Of a DNA stretch of 64,000 nucleotides, positions 9,491-19,755 are shown piece by piece. A model generated the notes under the pieces. That model saw only the letters and a program-made list of their open reading frames with translations. It was not told where the DNA came from and did no database searches. Each line of letters opens with the position of its first letter. Positions within the stretch are counted from its first letter, which is position 1. The DNA is from Candidatus Nanohaloarchaea archaeon (lineage in GTDB: Archaea > Nanohalarchaeota > Nanosalinia > Nanosalinales > Nanosalinaceae), in NCBI GenBank assembly GCA_014297435.1, contig JACOQA010000001.1, positions 96,001 to 160,000 on the forward strand. Reading direction: 5' to 3'. The position numbers and the translations under genes were made by a program.

Positions 9491-10246
9491 ATGTTTAAAG
9501 CAGAGCTAGAGGAAGTAGGTCTGATTCAGGACTCCATGAAAACCATCTCCGATCTTATCAGCGAGGGTCTTTTCCAGTTGACAGAAGACGGACTAAAGCT
9601 TGTCGCAGCCGATCCAGCGATGGTAGCACTTGTCGACTTCAAGATAGAGAAAGACGTATTCGAAACATACGAACTCGACGAAGAAGAAAAAGTAGGTCTC
9701 AATCTCGAGAACCTTTACTCAATTCTCAGAAGAGCAAACTCCGGCGACACAATCACGCTAGAACTAGAAGAGGACGAATCAAAGTTCCACATAAAGATGC
9801 AGAACGGAAGCACCAGGAACTTCTCACTGCCGATCCTGAACCTTTCCGAAGACGATATACCGGACACTGAATCGCTTAACCAGTTCAACGTTGACGCTGA
9901 CCTTGAAACGAAAGTTCTCGAATCCGCTATCAAGGACGCTATGGTTGTAGGCGACTCAGTAACTGTTTCTGCTGATGATTCAAGCATTAACATCGTTGCG
10001 GAGGGCGACCAATCCAACGTAGACTTTACGATCACGGAAGGATCAGAAGGAGTAATGGAGATCGATGGATCAGAGGCATCCTCGATGTTCTCACTCGACT
10101 ACCTCTCCTCTATGGTCAAGGCTAAGAAGCTTTCCGACACCGTAGAGCTAAGATTGGGAGATGACTTCCCTATGCGGCTCAATTTCGAAGTACCTGAGAA
10201 GGCAAGACTGAGCTTTGTATTGGCTCCAAGAATCGAAGAGGAATAA
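9491..10246 (+). CDS. pcn: DNA sliding clamp PCNA
   Basis: ADPAMVAL, FSLDYL, C-terminal LAPRIEE. Confidence 0.97.
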   Translation: MFKAELEEVGLIQDSMKTISDLISEGLFQLTEDGLKLVAADPAMVALVDFKIEKDVFETYELDEEEKVGLNLENLYSILRRANSGDTITLELEEDESKFHIKMQNGSTRNFSLPILNLSEDDIPDTESLNQFNVDADLETKVLESAIKDAMVVGDSVTVSADDSSINIVAEGDQSNVDFTITEGSEGVMEIDGSEASSMFSLDYLSSMVKAKKLSDTVELRLGDDFPMRLNFEVPEKARLSFVLAPRIEEE

Positions 10247-10312
10247 CTTCCTCTATCAATATTTTCTTCCTTACAAACAACTTCTTACTTACCGGAATAC
10301 AAATTCTCTTCT

Positions 10313-10702
10313 ATGGCTCTAGATGAAGATCTAAAGGAACAGCTTACGGAAAAAGAATATGAAGTACTTAGAAATAGAGGTACAGAACGCGCAGGAACAG
10401 GCGAATACTTGAAGAAAGATGACGAAGGATTTTACCGATGTAAGGTCTGCGGAAACAAGATATTCTCGAGCGATACCAAGTTTAGTTCGGGTTCGGGCTG
10501 GCCTAGTTTCTATGACGCTATCGAAGATTCTGTTGACCTCAGAGAAGATGAGAGAGGTGGCATGAAAAGAACCGAGGTAATCTGCGCTGAATGCGATTCT
10601 CATTTAGGTCATGTGTTTGATGATGGTCCTGAACCTACCGGAAAACGGTATTGCATTAACTCGGTAGCACTGGATTTCGAAGAAGACAAAAACAACGAGT
10701 AA
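10313..10702 (+). CDS. msrB: peptide methionine-(R)-sulfoxide reductase
   Basis: GWPSF, HLGHVFDDGP, RYCINS. Confidence 0.97.
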   Translation: MALDEDLKEQLTEKEYEVLRNRGTERAGTGEYLKKDDEGFYRCKVCGNKIFSSDTKFSSGSGWPSFYDAIEDSVDLREDERGGMKRTEVICAECDSHLGHVFDDGPEPTGKRYCINSVALDFEEDKNNE

Positions 10703-10714
10703 TTGGTTTATCTT

Positions 10715-11137
10715 ATGACCGAGTATGCTGTTCCGGCCACAGGCGCGCTAATTCTAAACGATGAAGATCAAATATTCTTGATGAAATCTCCTAAATGGGA
10801 GAATCAGTGGCTGGTTCCGGGAGGCAAAGTTGAGAAAGGCGATTCGATGCATGAAACAGTAAGGAAGGAGATCAAGGAAGAGACTAACCTAGATCTAGAA
10901 GATGTAAAGTTCATGGAAGCGGTTGATGGCGGAAATCCCGATGATTTCGAGAGAGATACGCACTTCATATTCCTTAACTTTGTCTGTAGAGCTGCGACAA
11001 ACGAAGTTGAACTAGATCAAAGAGAAGCTGTCGAATATGTCTGGATAGAACCTGAAAAAGCCTTAGAAGAACTTAAGTTGAATGATGGCACGGCGGATTT
11101 CATCGAGACATACCTTGAAGTGAACCCAGACTTTTAG
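10715..11137 (+). CDS. NUDIX hydrolase
   Basis: Nudix box GGKVEKGDS...RKEIKEET. Confidence 0.9.
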   Translation: MTEYAVPATGALILNDEDQIFLMKSPKWENQWLVPGGKVEKGDSMHETVRKEIKEETNLDLEDVKFMEAVDGGNPDDFERDTHFIFLNFVCRAATNEVELDQREAVEYVWIEPEKALEELKLNDGTADFIETYLEVNPDF

Positions 11138-11160
11138 CTTTTCCTTTCCCACAAATCTGT

Positions 11161-12546
11161 ATGGGGGAGCAGGAGGGAGAAAAGCCACAGGACTGGAAAA
11201 TAAGGCAGTACTACGAACAGGAAGAGTTGGTAGAGCGTGTAGTAGAACTGGCTGAGTACAGAGAGGTTGCACCGACTTATCCGCACGGCTACGGCAAAAG
11301 ACCAGACGCAGTTAACTTCCCTGGCGATTTTGAACATTTTGTAGGTCAAGGCGCTGTAGCTTTCCACCTGTCGGTCGAGAAATGGCGCAACCCTCTTCTA
11401 ATAGATAAAGTAGACAACCAAGATAACCTAAGGACAGGCTGGGATCTGGTAATAGACATAGACTGTGATTATTCTTTTGAACTTGCAAAAGATACGGCAG
11501 ATTTAGTTGTTAAGGAGCTCGAACAGCACGGAATCGAAAATATCGGAGTGAAGTTCTCTGGAAACCGTGGATTCCATATAGGTCTAAGGGGAGAAGCTTT
11601 TCCAAAGAAGCTGGACGAAAGGGACATTTCAGAGCTCTATCCAAGGCTGCCTAGAGGTATAGTAAATTATATACGCTATAATCTTGAAGATGAGCTGAAG
11701 AAAAAGGTAGTGGAACATGGTTTTGCTGATGAAATGACTAAAGATGATGGAGATCAGAATCCTTTCCTCGTTGCCGACATAGAGAACGACTGGGGTTCCC
11801 GCCACCTTTTCAGGATGCCTTATTCCCTACATGATGGTTCTTGGTTGGTATCTCTTCCAATAGAGCCGGATGAGATTCAGGAATTTGAGAAAGAAGATGC
11901 TGAGATGGGAAACATAGATTTTGATACTGAGTTCCTGGGAAGCTTCGAGGAAGGAGAAGCTACTAACCTCGCAGTTCAAGCTATGGACTTTTTAGCTGAA
12001 AGAGAGACTGAAAAGGAAAAGGAGAGAAGGAAGAGAAAGGAAAGAGATTTTGACAGGCCTGACGAAGCTATACCTGAGGAATACTTTCCTCCGACAATTG
12101 AGAACGTTCTGGACGGACTGAAGGACGGTAGGAAACGAGGTCTCTTTATTCTGATTAATTTCTTTCACTGTCTCGGCTATTCTTGGGAGCAGATTGAGAC
12201 AAAGATCTGGAACTGGAATGATGAGAACCATGAGCCGCTTAGAGACAGCTATGTAAAGACGCAGCTGAGGTGGCATAGGCAGAGAGATGAGGAGGTTCCT
12301 CCGCCCAACTACGATTCGAATGGCTACTACATGGACATGCAAGTTTATGAGGGCGATAATTTGGAGCAAAAGGTTTCAAATCCTGTAAGCTATTCTTTCA
12401 GAAAGTATAATGGCGGTGAAGCCGAGGAAAATGAGGAAGAGGACGATAAATTTGAGTGTCCGTACTGTGGGAAGGATTACAAGCAGGAGGGCTACTTCAA
12501 GAAGCATGTGCAGAAGTGTCAGGGAGAAGAAGTGAAGAAACTTTGA
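11161..12546 (+). CDS. priSL: fused DNA primase (PriS + PriL C-terminal domain) with a C-terminal zinc finger
   Basis: DLVIDID, KFSGNRGFH, RMPYSLH, then FPP.I...GRKR...NPVSY; lies between pcn and GINS. Confidence 0.9.
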   Translation: MGEQEGEKPQDWKIRQYYEQEELVERVVELAEYREVAPTYPHGYGKRPDAVNFPGDFEHFVGQGAVAFHLSVEKWRNPLLIDKVDNQDNLRTGWDLVIDIDCDYSFELAKDTADLVVKELEQHGIENIGVKFSGNRGFHIGLRGEAFPKKLDERDISELYPRLPRGIVNYIRYNLEDELKKKVVEHGFADEMTKDDGDQNPFLVADIENDWGSRHLFRMPYSLHDGSWLVSLPIEPDEIQEFEKEDAEMGNIDFDTEFLGSFEEGEATNLAVQAMDFLAERETEKEKERRKRKERDFDRPDEAIPEEYFPPTIENVLDGLKDGRKRGLFILINFFHCLGYSWEQIETKIWNWNDENHEPLRDSYVKTQLRWHRQRDEEVPPPNYDSNGYYMDMQVYEGDNLEQKVSNPVSYSFRKYNGGEAEENEEEDDKFECPYCGKDYKQEGYFKKHVQKCQGEEVKKL

Positions 12547-12586
12547 AAGAACAATAAAAAGCTTTGAGCCAGAAGCCATTTACAGA

Positions 12587-13177
12587 ATGTCGGAGGATGC
12601 ACTGACCTTCAGCGAACTTAGAAAAATAGAGAAAAAGGAGAAAAGACAGGAAGAACTCTCCGTACTCGACGACAGCTTCTTTCTAAAGGTTTCACAGTAC
12701 CTAGATCTGAAGGATGGTGTGGATGAAAGAGAGTACAGGAATGCAAAACGTGTATTTGACAAGATAATAGGTCTTCGACAGGAAAAGATAGTTAAGAATG
12801 CAAGAATCTCTGTTAAAACCGGCGTGAAAGCTTCCGAGCTGAACCTTCTTCCGAGAGAACAGTCCCTCTTCCTAGATCTGAAAGAAATGTTTGAAGACTA
12901 TTCGGAAGAAGTGGATGAAGTGCTGGAAGGCGGTACTGTTGAAACTCCGGATATCGAGGAGGAGCCGGAGACGGAACCAGAACCTGAGTCGGAACCTGAA
13001 CCAGAAGTTGAAGAAGATGAAGGTGGTGTAGAGATCAAGATAGTCTCGCAGGTACCTGAATTTATGGGAACTGATCTCGAATCTTATGGTCCTTTCGAGG
13101 AAGGAGATCAGGTAAATGTCCCGGAAGAGAACGCGGAGATACTTGTAAACCGTGGAAATGCTGAAATGGTAGAATAA
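12587..13177 (+). CDS. GINS complex subunit (Gins51-type)
   Basis: A domain (R.EKI), EP-repeat linker, B domain FMGTD...YGPFEEGD.V..P..NA.IL. Confidence 0.85.
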   Translation: MSEDALTFSELRKIEKKEKRQEELSVLDDSFFLKVSQYLDLKDGVDEREYRNAKRVFDKIIGLRQEKIVKNARISVKTGVKASELNLLPREQSLFLDLKEMFEDYSEEVDEVLEGGTVETPDIEEEPETEPEPESEPEPEVEEDEGGVEIKIVSQVPEFMGTDLESYGPFEEGDQVNVPEENAEILVNRGNAEMVE

Positions 13178-13178
13178 T

Positions 13179-13811
13179 ATGACAAAAGTCTTTGCCCTAG
13201 GTGGATCAGTATTTACAGAAAACCTTGACAAACTGGAAGAATACGTTGAAGCATTCGAGGGCTTTGACGAACAGATCGCAATCGTAACTGGCGCAGGCTC
13301 ATTGAAAACACACATCAACGCAGTAGATGCAGCCAACCAGGGAGAGCAAGACCTTATAGGTATCAAAGCAACCCGTTTGAACGCCCAGACCTTGAAGACA
13401 GCGATGGACTGCCATCCAAAAGTTCCGGAAAAACCGGAGGAGATACAGGAGATAGCTTCTACAGGAAAAGACTTCGTTATGGGCGGTATGGTTCCAGGTT
13501 ACTCGACTGATGCTGTTGCTGCGACAGTAGCGGAACTTCTCGACGGTGAACTAATAATCGCCACTTCGGTCGACGGAGTTTACACCGCGGATCCAGAAAG
13601 AGAAGATGCTGAAAAGCTGGATGAGGTTTCTATAGACGAGTTAAGGCAAATTATTTCGGGTAATAACGAGGCAGGAGGACACGAACTCGTAGACTTCGTT
13701 GCTTTAGAAATCATAGAAAGATCGAAGATCGAAACTACGGTAATGGAAGGACTGCCTCAGAACGTTGAAAGCCTTGAAACCATTGAATCGACGAGGATCA
13801 AGTCCTTGTAA
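13179..13811 (+). CDS. pyrH: uridylate kinase
   Basis: LGGSV, D.IGI.ATRLNA, PG.STD, VDGVY.ADP. Confidence 0.9.
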   Translation: MTKVFALGGSVFTENLDKLEEYVEAFEGFDEQIAIVTGAGSLKTHINAVDAANQGEQDLIGIKATRLNAQTLKTAMDCHPKVPEKPEEIQEIASTGKDFVMGGMVPGYSTDAVAATVAELLDGELIIATSVDGVYTADPEREDAEKLDEVSIDELRQIISGNNEAGGHELVDFVALEIIERSKIETTVMEGLPQNVESLETIESTRIKSL

Positions 13812-13846
13812 AAGCCCTTTTAAAGTTTAGTAGGGAGGTTTAGTCT

Positions 13847-14149
13847 ATGGTAAAGATCCCAAAAGAACAGAACCGTTACTGTCCGCACTGCGACACACAT
13901 ACAGAACAGACCGTTAAGGAAGTAACTAACGTGAGTGCTTCCCCTATGTCGAAGAAGCACAGGAAGCGACAGAGAAAGATCGACCACGGATATGGATCAT
14001 TCCCGTACGAGAACCCGGCAATCCGGTCGAGAGGAAGAAAGAACCCGACATCCGAGAAGAAAGACCTTAGATATACTTGCAAGGAATGTGGGAAAGGACA
14101 TATGCCTAAAAACCCTATCAGGACCTCAAAGCTTGAGATTGAGAGGTAA
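13847..14149 (+). CDS. rpl44e: ribosomal protein L44e
   Basis: YCPHCDTHT, KK.DLRYTCKECGK. Confidence 0.95.
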   Translation: MVKIPKEQNRYCPHCDTHTEQTVKEVTNVSASPMSKKHRKRQRKIDHGYGSFPYENPAIRSRGRKNPTSEKKDLRYTCKECGKGHMPKNPIRTSKLEIER

Positions 14150-14155
14150 GATAGG

Positions 14156-14329
14156 ATGGCAAACAACTTCTTCAAGGTAAGCTGCGGAGAATGCGGAAAC
14201 GAACAGAGAATTTTCTCCAGAGCTTCCAGCGAAGTAGAATGCCTCGTCTGCAGTTCAACGATCGCTAAGCCTACCGGCGGCAAAGCCGAGATCAACGGTG
14301 AGATCGTAGAAGAGCTCGCAGTAGAGTAA
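14156..14329 (+). CDS. rps27e: ribosomal protein S27e (not in ORF track)
   Basis: Hand translation FFKVSCGECGNEQ..F..AS..VECLVC...KPTGGKA. Confidence 0.95.
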   Translation: MANNFFKVSCGECGNEQRIFSRASSEVECLVCSSTIAKPTGGKAEINGEIVEELAVE

Positions 14330-14411
14330 TTCCTTCTCTAATTTCTATCCTTTTAATCTAAATTCGTTCTAAGCCACTGTCTTTTAAAGTTCGGTTTTCG
14401 TTTTTTGGAAT

Positions 14412-15167
14412 ATGAAATGGTACAAAGACAGGCCTGACGTCGGAGACTTCGTCGTCATAACAATTACAGATGTTGACAAGAACTCGGCTTACGCAGACCT
14501 CGACGAATACGAGGACGTAACCGGACTGATCCACATCTCAGAGGTCTCACGTTCATGGGTTCAAGATATAAGAAAAGAAGTAGATGAAGGCGAAAAAACC
14601 GTTGCACAGGTAGTAGAAGACGATGACGGAACACTGGATCTTTCTCTCAAACGTGTTAACGATTCCCAGAAACGGAACGCGATGTCCCGCTGGAAGAAAG
14701 AACAGAAGGCCGAAAAATTCATCGAAGACCTAGCCGAGAAGATCGGAGAAGACAAGGAAGAGATGTACGAAAGGGTTGTCTTCCCACTACAGAGAGAGTT
14801 CGGCTCCGCATTCCACGGCTTCGAGATAGCTGTAGGAGAGGAAGAAAAACTCGAAGAAATGTTTGATTCTGAAGTTGTCGACGGAATTCAGGAGGTTGCG
14901 AGAAACAACATCAACCTTCGACAGGAAAAGCTTGAGGGCGAGATCGAACTCTCATTTACTGAAGGTGATGGAGTTGCCAAGATCAAGGAAGTGTTCGAAG
15001 ATGTTGGTGATGGTGTAGAGGTAAAGTATGTTTCCGCTCCTAAGTACTCGATTACTGCCTGGGGTAGAAATCAAGAGCTTGCGAAGAACAGGATGGACTC
15101 CGCAGTAAAACAGTTCAGGCAGAAAGCCGATGAGCTGGACGGAGAGTTCGAGTTCTCGAAGGCATAG
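14412..15167 (+). CDS. eif2a: translation initiation factor aIF2 alpha
   Basis: S1 domain GLIHISEVS, DLSLKRV, VSAPKY. Confidence 0.95.
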   Translation: MKWYKDRPDVGDFVVITITDVDKNSAYADLDEYEDVTGLIHISEVSRSWVQDIRKEVDEGEKTVAQVVEDDDGTLDLSLKRVNDSQKRNAMSRWKKEQKAEKFIEDLAEKIGEDKEEMYERVVFPLQREFGSAFHGFEIAVGEEEKLEEMFDSEVVDGIQEVARNNINLRQEKLEGEIELSFTEGDGVAKIKEVFEDVGDGVEVKYVSAPKYSITAWGRNQELAKNRMDSAVKQFRQKADELDGEFEFSKA

Positions 15168-15172
15168 ATACC

Positions 15173-15322
15173 ATGATTAAAAAATGCCCCGAGTGTAATT
15201 CATACACGTTAAAGGACAACCACTGTGGTGCTGATACGGAGACATCGAGACCTCCAAAATTCTCTTTCCCCGATAGGATGGGAAAATACCGCAGGAAAAC
15301 TAAACGAGAGGAGATAGAATGA
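15173..15322 (+). CDS. nop10: H/ACA RNP protein Nop10 (not in ORF track)
   Basis: KKCPEC..YTLK...PPKFS..D..GKYRR; canonical position after aIF2a. Confidence 0.92.
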   Translation: MIKKCPECNSYTLKDNHCGADTETSRPPKFSFPDRMGKYRRKTKREEIE

Positions 15323-16080
15323 CAACAAGGCTACAACTTGACAAAGAATTAGACGTAGAAAACCCTGTATTCATCGAAGGGCTTGCAGGAATAGGGCATA
15401 TAGGAAAAACCACGGTATCTTACTTAGTGCATCATCTGAATGCAGAAAAGGTCGGCGAACTGTACTCACACCACTTCCCTCCATACACGATCGTAAACGA
15501 CAACAAGACAGTGGATCTCCTCAAGAACGATATCTACCAAGTTCAGAGAGAAGACGACAGGGACATGGTCATAATTGAAGGAAACGCACAGGCATCAACT
15601 CCTGAAGGACATTACGAGGTCGCAGAAAAGATAATGTCTTTAGTGGACGATGTAGGTTCTTCGGAGATCCTGACTATAGGAGGATACGGAACAGGAGACG
15701 TTGTAGAAGAACCCGATGTATTCGGAGCAGTAACCACAGAGAAAGTCAAAAACGAATACACGGAATGCGGAGTAGAGTTTGACCATGATGTAGGTCAGAT
15801 TGTTGGTGCGTCCGGTCTAATCCTTGCGTTAAGCAGGGAAAGAGAGATACCGGGTATCTGTCTTCTAGGTGAAACACCGGGATTCCTGCTCTCAGATCCT
15901 AAAGCCACAGAATCAGTACTTCAAGCCATTGAGAATATCCTCGGACTCGATATCGATTACTCCGATCTTGATAAAAAAGTCGAAGAGAGCCAAGAAGTAC
16001 TTAAAAAACTTCAGAACCTTCAACAGAAACAGAGCCAGGACTCCGGCGAATCACAGCAGGACCTGGGATACATAGGTTGA
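15319..16080 (+). CDS. PAC2-family proteasome assembly chaperone
   Basis: EGLAGIGHIG, IVGASG, LGETPG, DPKA, C-terminal YIG. Confidence 0.9.
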   Translation: MTTRLQLDKELDVENPVFIEGLAGIGHIGKTTVSYLVHHLNAEKVGELYSHHFPPYTIVNDNKTVDLLKNDIYQVQREDDRDMVIIEGNAQASTPEGHYEVAEKIMSLVDDVGSSEILTIGGYGTGDVVEEPDVFGAVTTEKVKNEYTECGVEFDHDVGQIVGASGLILALSREREIPGICLLGETPGFLLSDPKATESVLQAIENILGLDIDYSDLDKKVEESQEVLKKLQNLQQKQSQDSGESQQDLGYIG

Positions 16081-16084
16081 TAAA

Positions 16085-16249
16085 ATGAACATGACACGTT
16101 ACGAAAGAGCAAGAGTTCTGGGCGCCAGATCGCTCCAAATCTCGAAAGGAGCACCAACATTCGTCGAAGCAGACCCAGAGGAAGAACCTATAGAGGTAGC
16201 GAAGAGAGAGCTTGAGAAAGGAAAGCTTCCGATCACAGTCAAACACTGA
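16085..16249 (+). CDS. rpoK: RNA polymerase subunit Rpo6 (not in ORF track)
   Basis: MTRYERARVLGARSLQIS.GAP...A.REL...LPITV. Confidence 0.95.
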   Translation: MNMTRYERARVLGARSLQISKGAPTFVEADPEEEPIEVAKRELEKGKLPITVKH

Positions 16250-16359
16250 CTTCTCTATCTACTTTTCAATATCTCTAATTAAGACCGATATTTTCTCTAG
16301 ATCCAAATTAGTGCAGATTACTTCCAGTTTCTTAAACCAGTTGATCGAACTTATCTTAC

Positions 16360-17484
16360 ATGAAGATAGACTCAATCGAATTGAGAAAAATAATCGATTC
16401 TAGAACCCGTGAAACAGTCGAAGCCGAAGTTAATGGCGTCTCAGGCAAAGCGCCTTCAGGTGCATCAACAGGGTCCCACGAAGCAAAAGCTTTCGTTCCT
16501 GACGGTCTTGAAAACATGGAAGACCTCCTGAAAGAGATGGAGGGGCAGGATCTAACACAGGAAGAATTCGATGCCAAGCTGCGCAAAATAGATGGTACGG
16601 ATGATTTCTCTAGACTCGGTTCGGTTGCTATCGCCGCAAGCTTAGCTTTCAAGAACGCATCAGGTTTTAATCATTCAAACAGCTTCCCGCTACCTTTAAG
16701 TAATGTTATAGGTGGAGGCGAGCATGGAGGTAACACAAGCATACAGGAGTTTTTGGTTCTGCCTGTTGAGGCAGAAACATTTTCTGAAGCCGTTAAGATA
16801 AACACGGAGATCTATCAAGATCTTCAGGAACGTTATTCGAGAAAGATTATGGGTATTAACGATGAAGGGGCTTTAATTACTTCCATGGATGATGAGCAAA
16901 CTTTGAAGGCGTTGAAGAAGGTTGCAGATGAGCATGGTGCTAGGATAGGATTGGATATTGCAGCTACAGAGTTTTATGAGAATGGTAGGTATAAAATGAG
17001 CTCTATTAATCAAAGGCTGGAGCCAAAAGAGCACTTGGCTTTTGTGCAGCACTTGATCGATGAGTTTGACTTAGTTTATGTCGAAGATCCTTTCCACGAA
17101 GACGATTTCAACAGACATGCAAAATTGGCGTCTCAAAACCCCGAGGTTATGATCTGTGGTGACGACGTATTCGTAACCCAGAAAGAAAGATTGCAGGAAG
17201 GTATCGACAATCGAGCCTGTAACTCACTGATTGTTAAACCTAACCAGGTTGGAACAGTATCGGACACAAGGGAAACTGTCGAGCTAGCGAAGGAAAACGG
17301 TTACACGCCTGTAATTTCCCACAGATCGGGAGAGACGTGTGACCACACGATATCAGATCTTTCACTTGAACTAGAATGTCCGGTGATTAAAGCAGGTATC
17401 GCAGATATAAGGATAGCAAAATTGAATCGCCTGATCAAGCTTTGGGATAAACAAAAATCTCCTGTTGTGAATAACAGGTTGTAG
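16360..17484 (+). CDS. eno: enolase (compact, 374 aa)
   Basis: APSGASTG, QEF, DEG, EDPF, KPNQ.G, SHRSGET. Confidence 0.95.
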   Translation: MKIDSIELRKIIDSRTRETVEAEVNGVSGKAPSGASTGSHEAKAFVPDGLENMEDLLKEMEGQDLTQEEFDAKLRKIDGTDDFSRLGSVAIAASLAFKNASGFNHSNSFPLPLSNVIGGGEHGGNTSIQEFLVLPVEAETFSEAVKINTEIYQDLQERYSRKIMGINDEGALITSMDDEQTLKALKKVADEHGARIGLDIAATEFYENGRYKMSSINQRLEPKEHLAFVQHLIDEFDLVYVEDPFHEDDFNRHAKLASQNPEVMICGDDVFVTQKERLQEGIDNRACNSLIVKPNQVGTVSDTRETVELAKENGYTPVISHRSGETCDHTISDLSLELECPVIKAGIADIRIAKLNRLIKLWDKQKSPVVNNRL

Positions 17485-17556
17485 ATCAGGGAAAGAAGGG
17501 GGCGGCAGAGGCGGCTTCCGACTTCTTATTTAACTTTTATTATTTAAACCGGGTGT

Positions 17557-18165
17557 ATGAGCGAAGAAGAACTTCTAGTCGATCGCGACAAATACTTGAA
17601 GCACGGTGTACATATCGGAACGAAGTCGAAGCACACCGACATGGAGCCATACATCTTCCACGTAAAGAAGAACCAGCTAGCAGTACTAGACCTAAATACT
17701 ACAGACGAAAAGATCAGAGAAGTCGGAAACTTCCTATCCGAATACGACCCAAATGAAATTCTGGTTGTAGGAAGAAAAGAACTTGCAAGAAAGCCTATCA
17801 ACGCTTTCTCAGAAGCACTGGGGACCAAGCTTATCGCAGGACGCTTCATGCCAGGAACACTAACCAATCCTGAGTCCGACGACTTCATGGAGCCTGAAGT
17901 TGTAATCGTTACAGACCCTGAAGAAGATTTCCAAGCTATCAAAGAAGCAGCACAGTCGAACATTCCCGTGGTTGCGATCGCTGACTCCGGGAACGAACTG
18001 GAAAACATCGACCATGTTATCCCAGGGAACAACAAGGCAGAGAACTCGATCGGTCTTATCTACTACCTACTAGCTGAACAGGTAAAAGAAGCTAGAGGAG
18101 ACGACTTCGATTACGAGCTGATCGACTTCAGACCTGAACTAGAAATGGAAGACGAAGAGGAATAA
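17557..18165 (+). CDS. rps2: ribosomal protein S2
   Basis: GVHIG, RFMPGTLTNP, DP..D.QA. Confidence 0.97.
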   Translation: MSEEELLVDRDKYLKHGVHIGTKSKHTDMEPYIFHVKKNQLAVLDLNTTDEKIREVGNFLSEYDPNEILVVGRKELARKPINAFSEALGTKLIAGRFMPGTLTNPESDDFMEPEVVIVTDPEEDFQAIKEAAQSNIPVVAIADSGNELENIDHVIPGNNKAENSIGLIYYLLAEQVKEARGDDFDYELIDFRPELEMEDEEE

Positions 18166-18239
18166 AGTCTCTTCATTTCTTCTCTACCAAATTTTAACTT
18201 CTTACCGTCGAAATGTTCCTCTAGAGGTTCTTGAGATAC

Positions 18240-18779
18240 ATGAACATTCTTTTGATTGTGGGAACAACCAGAGATGGAAGGAAGACTATCAGGGCGGCTG
18301 AAGCCGCAAGAAACCGTTTTGAACAAGAAGGTCATGAAGTAGAGTTCTTCGACCTTAAACAGAAGGAAATACCTTTCTTAGGGAACAGAACTTACATAGA
18401 AGAAGGACAAGTTCCGGAAGATATTCAGGATTTAAGTAACAAGGTCGAAGAGACGGACTGCCTGTTGATCATAACCCCTGAGTACAACCACTCTATTCCC
18501 GGCGCTTTGAAGAACGCTTTAGACTATCTTTACCCTGAGTACAACGATCTTCCGTTTGCTTACATAACTGACTCTGCTGGAGGTTTTGGAGGCGTAAGAG
18601 CTATGTCTCACCTTAATGATATCACGTTAGCTTTAGGTGGATATCCGGGACCATCCCTACAGATATCCAACATAAGTGAAGTACTTTCGAAGACAGGTGA
18701 AATAACTGAAGACGACTTTGAAGAACGACTTGATTCATTTGTAGAAGATGTTGAAAGTCAGGTTGCCAAACTCGGATAG
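18240..18779 (+). CDS. NADPH-dependent FMN reductase family
   Basis: GTTRDGR, TPEYNHSIPGALKNALD, GG.RA. Confidence 0.92.
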   Translation: MNILLIVGTTRDGRKTIRAAEAARNRFEQEGHEVEFFDLKQKEIPFLGNRTYIEEGQVPEDIQDLSNKVEETDCLLIITPEYNHSIPGALKNALDYLYPEYNDLPFAYITDSAGGFGGVRAMSHLNDITLALGGYPGPSLQISNISEVLSKTGEITEDDFEERLDSFVEDVESQVAKLG

Positions 18780-18824
18780 ACCCGAATATTTAAACTCGGG
18801 CTTTCACCAGTAGTTACTAGGATA

Positions 18825-19754
18825 ATGTTTGGATTCGGGGACAAAGACAAGGACAAGCTTGAGGAGAATATGGAGGAAATCAAGAATCTTATCAACCAGG
18901 ACGATTCAGCTGGACAGCAGAAGTCTCAGTCCGGTGAAGACTTTGAACAAGCCTTCGACTCGCCCGGATCTATGGAAACAGAGAGTCCGGATCAAGGGTT
19001 TGAACCTGTAAAAGATTCTCAACCACAAAATTCAGGTTCTCAAGAAGATCTTGAAGAGAACATACAAGAAGAGGTCGAGAAGTTCTCTGAAACCGTGGAA
19101 GATGAAACAGAAACAGCCCAAAACCAGCAATCTCAAGCCCCGCCTCAACAAAACGCGCCTCAAAAGAATCAAGAAACACAAAGCTTTGATCAACAACCTG
19201 TAAATCCTCAGCCACAGCCAAGTGGAGCTCAAGAAACCAGCAATCAGGTGCCAGAACCGAATACACAGAGCTTTGAGGATTCAGAAAAGCAAAAACCTGC
19301 TCCGAATACTCAACAGAGGGCTCAGTCTGATTTCGATGAAGAGTTCCAGAGCCAGAAAGGTCAGGAACAACCTACTAAACAGAGAGCACAGAGAACTCAA
19401 GAGCCAGAAAAGAACCAGCAGCGCCAAAAACAGGCGAGAAACAGATCCAGAAAAAATAACCAAGATTCCAGAAACCTTGATGAAAAGATTCCGGAACCTC
19501 CGAAAACGAAAGAGCTTGATGTCCCTGAGATCGAGAAAGGTCCGTTATTCATAAAGAGGCAGAAGTTCGAGAACGCACAGAGAATGATACAAGAGATGAG
19601 GTATCTTTCCGATGAGATCCAGAGTGTTATTAACATGCTTGAACAGGGTCTTGAAGAGGACAGAAAGACGGAGAAAGAGGCTCGAGAACTACTCCACAAC
19701 TTCGATGAGAACCGGAGAAATGTGGAACAAATTATACATCCCGGTGAAGAGTAG
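18825..19754 (+). CDS. hypothetical protein with Q/E-rich disordered centre and C-terminal coiled coil
   Basis: Composition; PLFIK motif followed by heptads. Confidence 0.75.
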   Translation: MFGFGDKDKDKLEENMEEIKNLINQDDSAGQQKSQSGEDFEQAFDSPGSMETESPDQGFEPVKDSQPQNSGSQEDLEENIQEEVEKFSETVEDETETAQNQQSQAPPQQNAPQKNQETQSFDQQPVNPQPQPSGAQETSNQVPEPNTQSFEDSEKQKPAPNTQQRAQSDFDEEFQSQKGQEQPTKQRAQRTQEPEKNQQRQKQARNRSRKNNQDSRNLDEKIPEPPKTKELDVPEIEKGPLFIKRQKFENAQRMIQEMRYLSDEIQSVINMLEQGLEEDRKTEKEARELLHNFDENRRNVEQIIHPGEE

Positions 19755-19755
19755 A

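Noticed and set aside
12955-13020. GAACC(A/T)GA-type short repeats
   Set aside because: They encode the Glu-Pro linker of GINS; not a CRISPR or DNA repeat element
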